A DNA stretch of 64,000 bases from a virus, in IMG/VR virus record IMGVR_UViG_3300037851_000431, positions 32,001 through 96,000 of that record. One strand, given 5' to 3'. Positions 47,734 to 56,563 of this stretch are shown in pieces. The stretch's first letter is position 1. The number at the start of each line of letters is the position of its first letter. The notes under the pieces were generated by a model that was not told the DNA's origin, searched no databases, and was given only the letters and a program-made list of their open reading frames with translations. The translations under genes and the position numbers were made by a program.

Positions 47734-48546
47734 ATGTCATTACAGATGCGAAGTATTAGTTATTCGTACTTACATACATTTGCCTGTCCTTATGCGGCAT
47801 TCCTGCGATATCAGGGTGGGCTTAAAGGTAAGACGACTAAATACTTGGCACTAGGCAATGCCCTTCATCTAGCCTTAGAGGAAGGGCATCGTCTTGTACC
47901 TTGGGATTTCCCGAAGGTAGTCAAGTTATTTAAAGATGAGTTTATGAGAATTATATGGGATGATGAGGTAGCAGTAGGTTGGCCCGAAATTAAAAAGATG
48001 GAAGGCGAGGGTATAAAAATGCTGGAAATCTTTGAGGGTCAGAGAAGCGAAGGATTATTTCCAGCGACACCAACAGACATAGAGAAAGAATTTAGGCTAG
48101 CCTTTAATAATATAGAAATCATAGGTAAAATGGATCGCATTGATATTATTGACGATCAACTGATTGTTTCTGATTATAAAAGTGGCAGCAAGGAACCTGA
48201 TCTATGGTTTTTAAGGCATAATTTACAGTTTACAGTATATGCTTGGGCAACCAAAGAATTATATGGTAAACTTCCAGATAAAATTTATTGGCATCACCTT
48301 CGAAACGGAAAAAGATTAGAAACTACTAGAACAGATGAAGATATCGCTGAATTACAGCGAACCATTTCTAGTGTTATTGGTATGAATGAAAACGGTACAC
48401 GTTATAGGATTTATCATGAGTATATCTGCGGTTTTTGTGAATACAAAGGGGAAATCTGTGATGACAGAGAGTTGGAACAAAGAATCATCCTTGATTCCGA
48501 GGCTTCATATAGAAGCATTGAAGGAAGCAGAAAAATCTCCTTGTGA
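47734..48546 (+). CDS. PD-(D/E)xK (RecB/Cas4-like) exonuclease
   Basis: ISYS...CP, G-x3-H-x2-LE, GKMDRID, DYKSG, Q-x3-Y, C-x2-C-x5-C. Confidence 0.88.
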   Translation: MSLQMRSISYSYLHTFACPYAAFLRYQGGLKGKTTKYLALGNALHLALEEGHRLVPWDFPKVVKLFKDEFMRIIWDDEVAVGWPEIKKMEGEGIKMLEIFEGQRSEGLFPATPTDIEKEFRLAFNNIEIIGKMDRIDIIDDQLIVSDYKSGSKEPDLWFLRHNLQFTVYAWATKELYGKLPDKIYWHHLRNGKRLETTRTDEDIAELQRTISSVIGMNENGTRYRIYHEYICGFCEYKGEICDDRELEQRIILDSEASYRSIEGSRKISL

Positions 48547-48994
48547 AAGACGTAAGTATGGTATGTCTCTGGCTTTGGGAAATGTTATTTTTGCATATCA
48601 TAATGAAAGGGTGTGTGACTCTTGTAATGATGGATGTATTAGAACAAAGCTAGGACTACGGGCAGGGGAGAGAACAGAGATAGGTGCAGAGATTCATGCT
48701 GAACAGGCTATGCTAATAAATGGGGGCGGAAAGATAAGCCATAAAGTAAAACATAGTTTGTTTTTGGCTGGTTTGGAAGATGGTAAAGAATTACTAGACC
48801 CCAAACCCTGCCCAACTTGCGCCAAGATGCTTCTCTATGCTGGATATAAATACTACTATACAGCTTCTCTTGATTTGTCTGATGTTTTTGACAGTTCTTA
48901 TGTTTCTTATACTAGGTATAGCATAGATGATCTAGTTAAAGAGTATGAGAGGGAGGCCCGAAGTGCCGCACGATATAGTACATCTAAAACCTAG
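48386..48994 (+). CDS. dCMP/cytidine deaminase family protein (start may be 48461 or later)
   Basis: SPCERRKYG, HAEQ, PCPTC. Confidence 0.88.
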   Translation: MKTVHVIGFIMSISAVFVNTKGKSVMTESWNKESSLIPRLHIEALKEAEKSPCERRKYGMSLALGNVIFAYHNERVCDSCNDGCIRTKLGLRAGERTEIGAEIHAEQAMLINGGGKISHKVKHSLFLAGLEDGKELLDPKPCPTCAKMLLYAGYKYYYTASLDLSDVFDSSYVSYTRYSIDDLVKEYEREARSAARYSTSKT

Positions 48995-49532
48995 ACTAAC
49001 GGGAAGCCGTATCGCATTTTACGGGAAAATGTGTTCTGGTAAAACTTATAATGCACGATACCTAGTTAATGGGGGGAGTTTTGTTAAGATAGCACTAGCA
49101 GATAAATTGAAAGCCATTGCATATGACCTTTATGGATTAGAGGGGAAGGACGGGCATTCTAGGGCGCTCCTACAGGGTTTGGGAGATGACCTACGCAAAT
49201 GGGATGAGGATGTATTTATTAAAACCGTTCTTCGAAAAGTTCAAGCCATTGAAAATCAGAGATATCCACCGCGAATTGTAGTTGATGATGTACGATTTGT
49301 TAATGAGGCTAGTGCATTCTTAAATGCAGGATTTACGTTGGTTCATGTAATTTGCGAGGAGCATGAAAGGCTTCGAAGAATACAGGAGTTGTATCCTAAC
49401 ACAAACATGGAATCATTGAATCATACTTCGGAACAACAGGTAGATAAAATCACAGAGATGTTTGGATGGAGTTACTGGATAACTAGTAATGAGCCATCTG
49501 ATGTTGTTCAACTTGAGAAATTATTTATATGA
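48945..49532 (+). CDS. Deoxynucleoside monophosphate kinase
   Basis: GKMCSGKT P-loop, LADKLK, RALLQGLG, DDVRFVNE, HTSE. Confidence 0.88.
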   Translation: MRGRPEVPHDIVHLKPRLTGSRIAFYGKMCSGKTYNARYLVNGGSFVKIALADKLKAIAYDLYGLEGKDGHSRALLQGLGDDLRKWDEDVFIKTVLRKVQAIENQRYPPRIVVDDVRFVNEASAFLNAGFTLVHVICEEHERLRRIQELYPNTNMESLNHTSEQQVDKITEMFGWSYWITSNEPSDVVQLEKLFI

Positions 49533-50068
49533 GACTAGTATTAATATGTAGGGAACAAATCATAAAGACATACGCATCAAGGTACCTAGAAAGTCGGCAT
49601 AAGTTTAAAACGATGCGTATGTCTGACGGTATTACCCGGTTACACAAGATTTTTTATTGGCAGGATGCCAAATATAAAAGAGTAAGTTGGCAGGAGAGGG
49701 TTCGTTGGTACGATGCCCTCTATAAGTTGGATAATAACTTCTTTGTTAACTGGATAGAATATAAAATTTCCAAGTCTGTTAAAGAAGACATTGTTATCTC
49801 TGATGTAAGGTACATGAATGAGTTAGTTAAACTCAAAGATGACCTTGGGTTTAAAGTTGTACGCATTGCTGTACCAAGAGCAGGAAGGATGATCAAACCG
49901 ATGGTTGCTCTTGGTAAGGAACATAGTGCTGGTACTATACTATTGCGCGAATTATTTGGTAACTTTGATGATATCGGAGTAGATTACTCGATCTATTCTG
50001 AAAGTTATCAGGATATGAAAAAAGGTTTTGATGAATTGGTTGACAAGGGACGTAACAATCTTCTATAA
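49529..50068 (+). CDS. dNMP-kinase paralog with degenerate P-loop
   Basis: SDVRYMNE and KTYA-x-RYL retained; P-loop glycines absent. Confidence 0.7.
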   Translation: MRLVLICREQIIKTYASRYLESRHKFKTMRMSDGITRLHKIFYWQDAKYKRVSWQERVRWYDALYKLDNNFFVNWIEYKISKSVKEDIVISDVRYMNELVKLKDDLGFKVVRIAVPRAGRMIKPMVALGKEHSAGTILLRELFGNFDDIGVDYSIYSESYQDMKKGFDELVDKGRNNLL

Positions 50069-50069
50069 T
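50040..50069 (+). promoter_or_regulatory. sigma70-type promoter
   Basis: TTGACA-18 nt-TATAAT, followed by GTGGTGA/TCACCAC hairpin and AGGAGG SD. Confidence 0.8.
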
Positions 50070-50110
50070 TATCGTGGTGAGATAATTCACCACAATATAG
50101 GAGGTTGTGT

Positions 50111-50584
50111 ATGGCTAGAAAGAAAAGTGCGCACCTAACGCGCGTCTTAATTGAAGGTATATCAAGTTATTCACCATACCGTGGAGCAAGACTAGCGTAT
50201 GTTAGGGAGTATGATCCAGCACCACAGATAAACGTAGACTTAACAACTAAGATTGATATCGAGTGGGCTATGGCTGAATTACATCGAAGAGGAGAGTTAT
50301 CAGAACAAGAGTTAATGATGCTCCACTATGTAATGATGGATGGACGCCTATCACGTAGAGATATATCACATATGATTGAGAAGGAGCAAGGATACTATGT
50401 AAATCAAAGAACCATTTCAAGAAGATTGGAATCTGCTTATTGGAAGATAAGTAAATTTTTAGGTTTTGAGTACAGTGATTCCAGACTTTTTAAGATGGTG
50501 GCTAAGAAAATGGGTAAACCTTATCCGTATATTTTAAATGATGATGAGATAGAAAAATGTCAGACGATATGGGAGAGAATATGA
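50111..50584 (+). CDS. HTH transcription regulator (sigma region 4-like)
   Basis: LSEQE...LSRRDIS...VNQRTISRRLESAY-x-KI. Confidence 0.7.
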   Translation: MARKKSAHLTRVLIEGISSYSPYRGARLAYVREYDPAPQINVDLTTKIDIEWAMAELHRRGELSEQELMMLHYVMMDGRLSRRDISHMIEKEQGYYVNQRTISRRLESAYWKISKFLGFEYSDSRLFKMVAKKMGKPYPYILNDDEIEKCQTIWERI

Positions 50585-50868
50585 TGTTCTCCTCTGCTGT
50601 ACTTACTGAGATGACCCTGCTTCTAGCACAAGAGTTTTGGAAGCAGGAGAGTGAACATGATGCTGTATGGGCAGAGAATTTCAAAGAGGGAGCGACCCTA
50701 TTTATTAAGGAGTTATTCCCATTAATTATACTTAAGTGTGATGATAAGACAGATGTTAAGGCACAAGCGATGGTAGAGGGGGTAGCTTATATGGCTACAC
50801 AAACAGCGTGGTTAATAAAACTACGTATAAAGGACTGGAAGGAAGATGGCCCTGAGAGGAAGACCTAG
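50581..50868 (+). CDS. Hypothetical protein
   Basis: ATGA-coupled ORF. Confidence 0.55.
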   Translation: MMFSSAVLTEMTLLLAQEFWKQESEHDAVWAENFKEGATLFIKELFPLIILKCDDKTDVKAQAMVEGVAYMATQTAWLIKLRIKDWKEDGPERKT

Positions 50869-51022
50869 AAAAATCCAGCCTATTGTGGTAGAACCAAATA
50901 CAATACAATGGGACATAGCTAAAATACTATCGGAGTATTGTGGAGTACCGGGATGTAGTCCTAGAAATCATTTTGAAGCAGCGTCCCGTATAATAGAAGT
51001 TATAAATAAAAGGAGTAAGTGA
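50846..51022 (+). CDS. 58-aa protein with AT-hook-like motif (absent from ORF track)
   Basis: MALRGRPRK...; overlaps both neighbours in coupled fashion. Confidence 0.6.
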   Translation: MALRGRPRKIQPIVVEPNTIQWDIAKILSEYCGVPGCSPRNHFEAASRIIEVINKRSK

Positions 51023-51255
51023 AAAGAAGGATGGCCAGATGTGTAGTCTGTGAAAAGCCAACTAGCGGATCATTAGAGTTTTGCCAACGTCATTATACAC
51101 AACACAAAGATGACATTAAAAGTAAAAAGCCTTGGGTACGAGCATTAAAGAATGATGCTCAGAGAGAAAGGCGGCGCAAGGAGAAAGAGTATCTTACAAC
51201 TAGTTTAGATATGATCCTTGACGCACAAATGACAGGACGGAGATTGAATGGGTAA
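51019..51255 (+). CDS. Small Zn-finger protein
   Basis: CVVC...FCQRH. Confidence 0.65.
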   Translation: MKRRMARCVVCEKPTSGSLEFCQRHYTQHKDDIKSKKPWVRALKNDAQRERRRKEKEYLTTSLDMILDAQMTGRRLNG

Positions 51256-52030
51256 GAAGTGGACGAGCGTAGAATTAGATGCTTTGAAATTAGTATCTGA
51301 ACAGGGTTTGAAAGGTACCGATGCCTACCATAAATGGGGTGAGATAACAGGGTACTCCAAAACCTATAATGCGTGGGAAGTTAAACAGCGGAGAGTAGCA
51401 ACAGATAATATCTTAAATGATATCGAACCAATGATAGACTACTGGACCCTTCCAGAAGATAATGCCCCCTCATTTAACAGTCAGGAATACAATCTTAGGA
51501 TTGGATTTTTTGACCTTGAAACCACTGATTTGAAGGGAAATTTTGGCCGAATATTGTGTGGATCAATGGCTAATCAGGCTGGTGTAGTCACAACCCTACG
51601 GGGGGATGATCCCAAGTACCGGGGCAGCAAGGTACGGGATGACAGCCGCCTTGTTGCCGCTCTCAGGGACATGGTAGAGTCCTACGATTGGATAACCACA
51701 TGGAATGGCAAAGCATTTGATATGAAATTTCTTGATACAAGACTTGCTTTAGCCGGTGAAAGACCTGTTCGAAAAGACCTACTTCACACCGATCTTTATT
51801 ACACATGTAAACAGGCTTTTAGACTTCATAGTTATCGACTGGATGCTGCTGCAAAAACATTTAATTTGCCAGTGCAAAAGACTGTGCTTGATTTTGATGT
51901 ACTACAAGATGCTGCTATGGGTGATGAGGCAGCGATGAATAATATAGTAGAGCATTGTGAAGCAGATGTATTAGTATTAAGAGGAATATTCGGAGTTCTA
52001 AGACCGTATATTAAAATCGTTCATCGCTAA
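51248..52030 (+). CDS. RNase H-like DEDD 3'-5' exonuclease
   Basis: FDLETT, TWNGKAFD, HTDLY, HCEADV. Confidence 0.85.
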   Translation: MGKKWTSVELDALKLVSEQGLKGTDAYHKWGEITGYSKTYNAWEVKQRRVATDNILNDIEPMIDYWTLPEDNAPSFNSQEYNLRIGFFDLETTDLKGNFGRILCGSMANQAGVVTTLRGDDPKYRGSKVRDDSRLVAALRDMVESYDWITTWNGKAFDMKFLDTRLALAGERPVRKDLLHTDLYYTCKQAFRLHSYRLDAAAKTFNLPVQKTVLDFDVLQDAAMGDEAAMNNIVEHCEADVLVLRGIFGVLRPYIKIVHR

Positions 52031-52042
52031 GGGTGTGATTTT

Positions 52043-52399
52043 ATGGAGATGGGTTTAATTTTAGCTTTGGCGCTGTCAAATTTTCTGTTGGTTGGTATAT
52101 ACTTCTTTCAACGACACACTATTAATAAAACCCAATCGTTTTTGAATAATTTTATAGAAAATTCAGAAGTAATTGTGGAAGCAGTTGAAAAGTGTATAGC
52201 TATTGTTAACAAAAATGCAGAATTGCTGCTGAAGACAGCAGAGAAAACAGATGGTTTAGAAGAAGAAATTACAAGATTGAAAGTAGTATATGATCTTACA
52301 AAAGATTATCTAAATGCATTAGAAACACTTAATGAGGCTCGTAGGATTGAGATACCTCTTTCTAAGAGGGTATACCAATTATCTCACACCGAAGATTAA
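52043..52399 (+). CDS. N-terminal transmembrane plus coiled-coil protein
   Basis: Hydrophobic residues 3-22 then heptads. Confidence 0.6.
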   Translation: MEMGLILALALSNFLLVGIYFFQRHTINKTQSFLNNFIENSEVIVEAVEKCIAIVNKNAELLLKTAEKTDGLEEEITRLKVVYDLTKDYLNALETLNEARRIEIPLSKRVYQLSHTED

Positions 52400-52402
52400 G
52401 GC

Positions 52403-52444
52403 AAAAAAATATCCCCGGTCCCATTCAGGACCGGGGATATTTTT
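52403..52444. terminator. Bidirectional intrinsic terminator between convergent arms
   Basis: AAAAATATCCCCGGTCC/GGACCGGGGATATTTTT perfect stem. Confidence 0.92.
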
Positions 52445-52718
52445 AGTTTTGTATCGATGTTTCGTGGCGATGTTCCAAGAAGGTTTGATAAAATTTGAGT
52501 ATGCCTGTAAAGATATACTCAAAACAATCCTCATGAAATGATAGTAAGAATCCTTCGGTTCTAATCTGCATTTTCACATATTTAGAACCGTCAGTTACAT
52601 CAATATCTTCCCCACAAGCATCGCAAATTCCCGAACGATGGGTGGGATTAATATCTACATGCTTTAGAATAAACCCGTGTCCAAGACGAGTGGGTTCATT
52701 AAGCATTAGCAATCTCAA
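52443..52718 (-). CDS. Small Zn-finger protein
   Basis: CDACG...HEDC. Confidence 0.6.
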   Translation of the reverse strand: MRLLMLNEPTRLGHGFILKHVDINPTHRSGICDACGEDIDVTDGSKYVKMQIRTEGFLLSFHEDCFEYIFTGILKFYQTFLEHRHETSIQN

Positions 52719-53295
52719 TCAATTCAGTACGACTATTTTCCTTATGCTTTTCTTTTAGGTATGCAACATCTCTTTGGGCTGCTTCTAGATCATATCGAAG
52801 AGATGTTAGTTCTGAAATAGCAGACTGAAGATTTTCGGCCAACCAAATAGCCTCTTCTCCAATAGGGTCTTCATCAAAGAGTACTTGGTTAGGATCAAGA
52901 TCATTCTTGCGCAGTAATTCGCGTGCTTCTTCGATAGCAGATTTACGCCGAATATACTCTGAAAGATTAACAAGTCTACTCATAAAAGTTACTTGTTTTT
53001 TAATTTCTTTCGATGCAGCCTTCTCCGCAGACTTCGCAAGAATATCCGATGAAGATGCTAACTTATTAAGCCTAATGCCAACGATACGTGAACGGGTAGT
53101 ACCATCCGACTCTTTAAGCAGTTCTATCTCTCCTGTTCTTGCCATGCCATAAAGGGCTTGATAAACAACAGCATTAGCTTGTCCGATTTTCTCTGCAATA
53201 TCTTCAACAGCGTAGGGAATATCCCTATCCCCATACTCTTCAAGAGTAAGTCGAATCTGATCCCTTAAAGAAATACTGCGATCAAGCGGTTCCAT
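52699..53295 (-). CDS. Winged-helix plus coiled-coil protein
   Basis: VEDIAEKIG...VYQALYGM...GEI wHTH pattern. Confidence 0.55.
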   Translation of the reverse strand: MEPLDRSISLRDQIRLTLEEYGDRDIPYAVEDIAEKIGQANAVVYQALYGMARTGEIELLKESDGTTRSRIVGIRLNKLASSSDILAKSAEKAASKEIKKQVTFMSRLVNLSEYIRRKSAIEEARELLRKNDLDPNQVLFDEDPIGEEAIWLAENLQSAISELTSLRYDLEAAQRDVAYLKEKHKENSRTELIEIANA

Positions 53296-54289
53296 CTATC
53301 TCTTTAACCTTCACACGACCACTTCTGGTTCGGTCAATTAGACCCCTCTGCATTAGATATGGCTCAATTTCCTGTTCAATAGTCTTGTCATCAACTCCTA
53401 ACATCGCAGAAAGATACTGAAGGCCAACCGGACGATCTTCAGGAAGTGCCCGCATATACTTATAATCAATATCAGAAAATCCGCTGTTGTCGATGCCAAG
53501 ACTTTCAAAGGTCTGAGCAATAACTTCCTTCGACATGATTGACTCCTTTCTAACAGCCATCATGTCAAAGATCATCGCCAAGTAATTAAGAGCCAACCTA
53601 GGAGTTAGGCGAGAACGTAAAGCAATGTCCTTCAAAATAACCTTGGTAACAATCACCCCCTTACGCTTGCAAGCATTGTCCAGAATGGTGACGATATTAG
53701 CGAGGGTGTAAGGCTCTAGGTGAATGTACCTAAAGCGGGAGCGGAAAGGGGCAGTCAACTCGCCGGGGTCTGTGGTACAACCGATAATCGAGATTGCCCC
53801 ACTATCCATGCGGATATGTAGCGAGTCAGAAACTTCGGGATCGAGGTTATGAATTTCGTCAATAATGATGGGAGCATTGGTAGATGGAAGCCCCTTGTTA
53901 GCGGACATACCATCAACAATGATCGGGGTTGTTCCACTCAACTCAACCAAAAGTTTAGCGAGGGTAGTTTTACCCTGACCAAAACCCCCTGTTAGCATGA
54001 TATGAGGGAGCGGTCTGTTCTCAATCTTGGCTGCTTGGACAATGACCATCCCGATCTTTTTGGCTTTATCCTGACCAATATAATCAGCCAAAGAGGCGGG
54101 CGAAAAGATACCACCCGACGATGTATGCCTTATATTATGCTCTTTCTTAAGGCTTTGTCTAACCTCATCTCCAAACGCTGTTAATTCATCAACCTTTTTC
54201 TGGAAGGCTTTGCCGGATAGACCGATCACCTCCCCCATTCGGGTAGCAAGTGCGCGGGAAACTCTCATCTCAATCTCTGTGTCAGTCAT
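53282..54289 (-). CDS. ruvB: RuvB-like Holliday junction branch migration ATPase
   Basis: P-x-SLADYIGQ, HIMLTGGFGQGKTTLA, IDEIH, LTAPFRSRF, PVGL...IEPYLMQRGLIDRTRSGR. Confidence 0.9.
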   Translation of the reverse strand: MTDTEIEMRVSRALATRMGEVIGLSGKAFQKKVDELTAFGDEVRQSLKKEHNIRHTSSGGIFSPASLADYIGQDKAKKIGMVIVQAAKIENRPLPHIMLTGGFGQGKTTLAKLLVELSGTTPIIVDGMSANKGLPSTNAPIIIDEIHNLDPEVSDSLHIRMDSGAISIIGCTTDPGELTAPFRSRFRYIHLEPYTLANIVTILDNACKRKGVIVTKVILKDIALRSRLTPRLALNYLAMIFDMMAVRKESIMSKEVIAQTFESLGIDNSGFSDIDYKYMRALPEDRPVGLQYLSAMLGVDDKTIEQEIEPYLMQRGLIDRTRSGRVKVKEIDGTA

Positions 54290-54298
54290 CCTGCAACC

Positions 54299-54327
54299 AT
54301 GTTAGCACAGTTTCTAGGTCTTGTCAA
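54299..54327 (-). promoter_or_regulatory. sigma70-type promoter directly before ruvB
   Basis: TTGACA-17 nt-TAACAT with extended -10 TGc. Confidence 0.7.
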
Positions 54328-54565
54328 TATCAAAAGATTTGGTGATCTTTTGTATGGTATCACCTCTATCTATCTGAATGCATACATCCCTAGTGATGAT
54401 ATTATCTCCTGATAAGTATACCATAATACCACCATCATTTTTTTTACACATTCCGGTAATAATACCTAAATGAAATCCTGAAAAGTTACCGGGTTGACTA
54501 ACTTTTACAAAATCACCTTGTTTAAAGGGTGCAGGAAAGGGTTGTTCTTTCTTATGCCTCGGCAT
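54314..54565 (-). CDS. Hypothetical protein
   Basis: FKQGDFVKV SH3/KOW-like start. Confidence 0.55.
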   Translation of the reverse strand: MPRHKKEQPFPAPFKQGDFVKVSQPGNFSGFHLGIITGMCKKNDGGIMVYLSGDNIITRDVCIQIDRGDTIQKITKSFDIDKT

Positions 54566-54770
54566 CCTTTACCCCCGCAACTGTGACAGTTAGAGTATCC
54601 TCATCGAAGGTGATATTAAGGCTACCACCAACAACAGAACCGATACCAGACTCCCAAGTAGATTGGGCAAGTACTAGGATGCCATTGTAATGTTTAAGAA
54701 CACAGTAAGCTACGATTACTTGAAGCAAAGCAACGTATTCTTCATCCGGTAGATGTTCGTACTGTTTCAT
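54552..54770 (-). CDS. Hypothetical protein
   Basis: Coupled ORF in minus arm. Confidence 0.55.
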   Translation of the reverse strand: MKQYEHLPDEEYVALLQVIVAYCVLKHYNGILVLAQSTWESGIGSVVGGSLNITFDEDTLTVTVAGVKDAEA

Positions 54771-54775
54771 ATAGA

Positions 54776-55546
54776 TTACCCCTTGTTAAGTTGCTTGGGA
54801 CCAATACTGCCACCCGTAGTGACACCTGTTTTAAACTGGATGTTTTTTCCTACCTCTTTACCAACATTAAATCCAGAACGACTAAACGAGGTATTAGCAA
54901 CTTGATGTGTGCGTGTAATTTTGAGGCCATCATAATAATTTGCTAGATCATTATCGTTAACAACGATAAGCGCATTCATATTGGGATCGGCTTTGAAGGT
55001 TTTAAACTGTTCCCTTAGTTTATCTCCGATACCAATAACTGCTCCCATATAAAAAGAATTTTTCCATGTTTTTCCATGTACGGTTTGCAATTCATAAGAG
55101 AGCAAGTTAACTTCAGGATAGGAATCCTGTAGTTTTCTAAGCTGCTGAATTTGCTGCCATTTGGTATCGCAAATGTGCTGCAAATCGTAGCATAGAGTCT
55201 TATGCAGATACTCTGCAACTTCGATGTTAGAGGTTTTTCCTACCCAAACAATAGCATTGCCGCGATAGAAAATCTTGCACAGGTTGAACATCGCAATGGT
55301 ATTGGCTAGATCAGCCTTCCACTGGATGAGGTTTCTATTGGCTGTTTTTTCACCCGTTTTTTGGGTGATAGGTTCCTTCTTAGAATCGTCGTAGTTTTCA
55401 GCCTGACTCTCTTCAAGGTTAAATTTGAACAGTAATTCCTGTGCTTTTTGCGCTGCAACCTCTGCTTCGTGAAGGTTGGACTTATCCCTTGAAAGAGCGA
55501 GTAGTTTCTTAATTTTTTTCAGGATCACACTTTCTTCGTTGGTCAC
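54776..55546 (-). CDS. DUF2786-family protein
   Basis: ILKKIKKLLALS...N-x-HEA-x2-A-x2-KAQELL...SFYMG. Confidence 0.8.
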   Translation of the reverse strand: MTNEESVILKKIKKLLALSRDKSNLHEAEVAAQKAQELLFKFNLEESQAENYDDSKKEPITQKTGEKTANRNLIQWKADLANTIAMFNLCKIFYRGNAIVWVGKTSNIEVAEYLHKTLCYDLQHICDTKWQQIQQLRKLQDSYPEVNLLSYELQTVHGKTWKNSFYMGAVIGIGDKLREQFKTFKADPNMNALIVVNDNDLANYYDGLKITRTHQVANTSFSRSGFNVGKEVGKNIQFKTGVTTGGSIGPKQLNKG

Positions 55547-55564
55547 AAAATACCTCTCTTTTCA

Positions 55565-55600
55565 AATTTTTTCAGGAGAATTTTTCAGGACTTTTTAGAA
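55565..55600 (+). repeat. T-tract/CAGGA element, copy 2
   Basis: AATTTTTTCAGGAGAATTTTTCAGGACTTTTTAGAA. Confidence 0.7.
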
Positions 55601-55824
55601 TATCTAATGCCTTCAGATTGAATAAATTGCTCAATATCGGAAATATTGTATCTTCTATCGCCTCTAGTAGATACACGAATATACGGTAAATTATCGTAAG
55701 GAATACGCTTCAATGTATTTACATGTATATTAAGAAGAGTTGCAACTTGAGTTGCAGTTAGCCATAATATTTCTTTACTCTCTAATTGTGAGGCAACCTG
55801 AAATGCGGTAGTTTTCTCTCTCAT
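55585..55824 (-). CDS. Excisionase/MerR-like HTH protein
   Basis: WLTATQVATLLNIHVNTLKR...RGDRRY. Confidence 0.8.
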   Translation of the reverse strand: MREKTTAFQVASQLESKEILWLTATQVATLLNIHVNTLKRIPYDNLPYIRVSTRGDRRYNISDIEQFIQSEGIRYSKKS

Positions 55825-56129
55825 TTTTCTCTACGCAGAGGAAATTCGACAACTTCCTCACAAGAATAAATTTTTGGATAACTGTAACCCTCTTGTTCCC
55901 TAATTTCTTGAATGCGCAGTACCATAAATTTTGCCGGGGAATACGACTGCTCTCCTCGCGCAGACCAATACATTCCACCATGAAATTTAAGAACAATAAT
56001 TGATCCTACCTGTAACTGTGTTTGATATCTAGGAATAGAATACCACCATTCGACTTTACCAGTCTCAATACCGGGTGTTCTTACTAGATTATCTTTATCA
56101 GGTGGTGTGATGTTCCATTGAAAGCTCAT
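55821..56129 (-). CDS. Hypothetical protein
   Basis: Coupled ORF with GAGGA SD. Confidence 0.55.
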   Translation of the reverse strand: MSFQWNITPPDKDNLVRTPGIETGKVEWWYSIPRYQTQLQVGSIIVLKFHGGMYWSARGEQSYSPAKFMVLRIQEIREQEGYSYPKIYSCEEVVEFPLRREK

Positions 56130-56289
56130 TTTGGTTCCTCATGCTCCAAATTATATATAGAAGATCACCAAGAGGAATTTCCTCAAAGCCATCTTTCATC
56201 AATTCTATGATATGAAGACGCAACTCGGGTATATTAACTTTGATTGTATTTAAATATTTATATTCCTCAGAGTTTGGATTCACGATCAT
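56098..56289 (-). CDS. Hypothetical protein
   Basis: ORF in minus arm. Confidence 0.5.
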   Translation of the reverse strand: MIVNPNSEEYKYLNTIKVNIPELRLHIIELMKDGFEEIPLGDLLYIIWSMRNQNELSMEHHTT

Positions 56290-56560
56290 CCATCCACATT
56301 ACATACCCTTTATAGATATCGTCATCTAAATCATCGAATTGATACATCCGTAAGATTTTACCATTTGATGCTGCTACAGCATAAAGGCTTCCAACGCTTC
56401 GATTAGGACCATAAGCAAAAACTGTTTTACCAGCAAGCAAATCCAAAACCATTTGATTAGTAGGAGGTTTCTTGTTGCGGTAGTTTCTTACTGGTACGCA
56501 TTCTCTCCAAGATTTGGGTACAATCTTGTACTTAATTCCTGCAACACCATTTTTGTACAT
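56267..56560 (-). CDS. Hypothetical protein
   Basis: ORF in minus arm. Confidence 0.55.
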   Translation of the reverse strand: MYKNGVAGIKYKIVPKSWRECVPVRNYRNKKPPTNQMVLDLLAGKTVFAYGPNRSVGSLYAVAASNGKILRMYQFDDLDDDIYKGYVMWMDDRESKL

Positions 56561-56563
56561 ACT

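Noticed and set aside
47734-48546. Cas4 as part of a CRISPR system
   Set aside because: No other cas genes or array; stand-alone PD-(D/E)xK nucleases are common in phage replication modules
55585-55824. Excisionase implying lysogeny, or a tRNA acting as attP
   Set aside because: No integrase or repressor recognised in the window; the HTH family is generic
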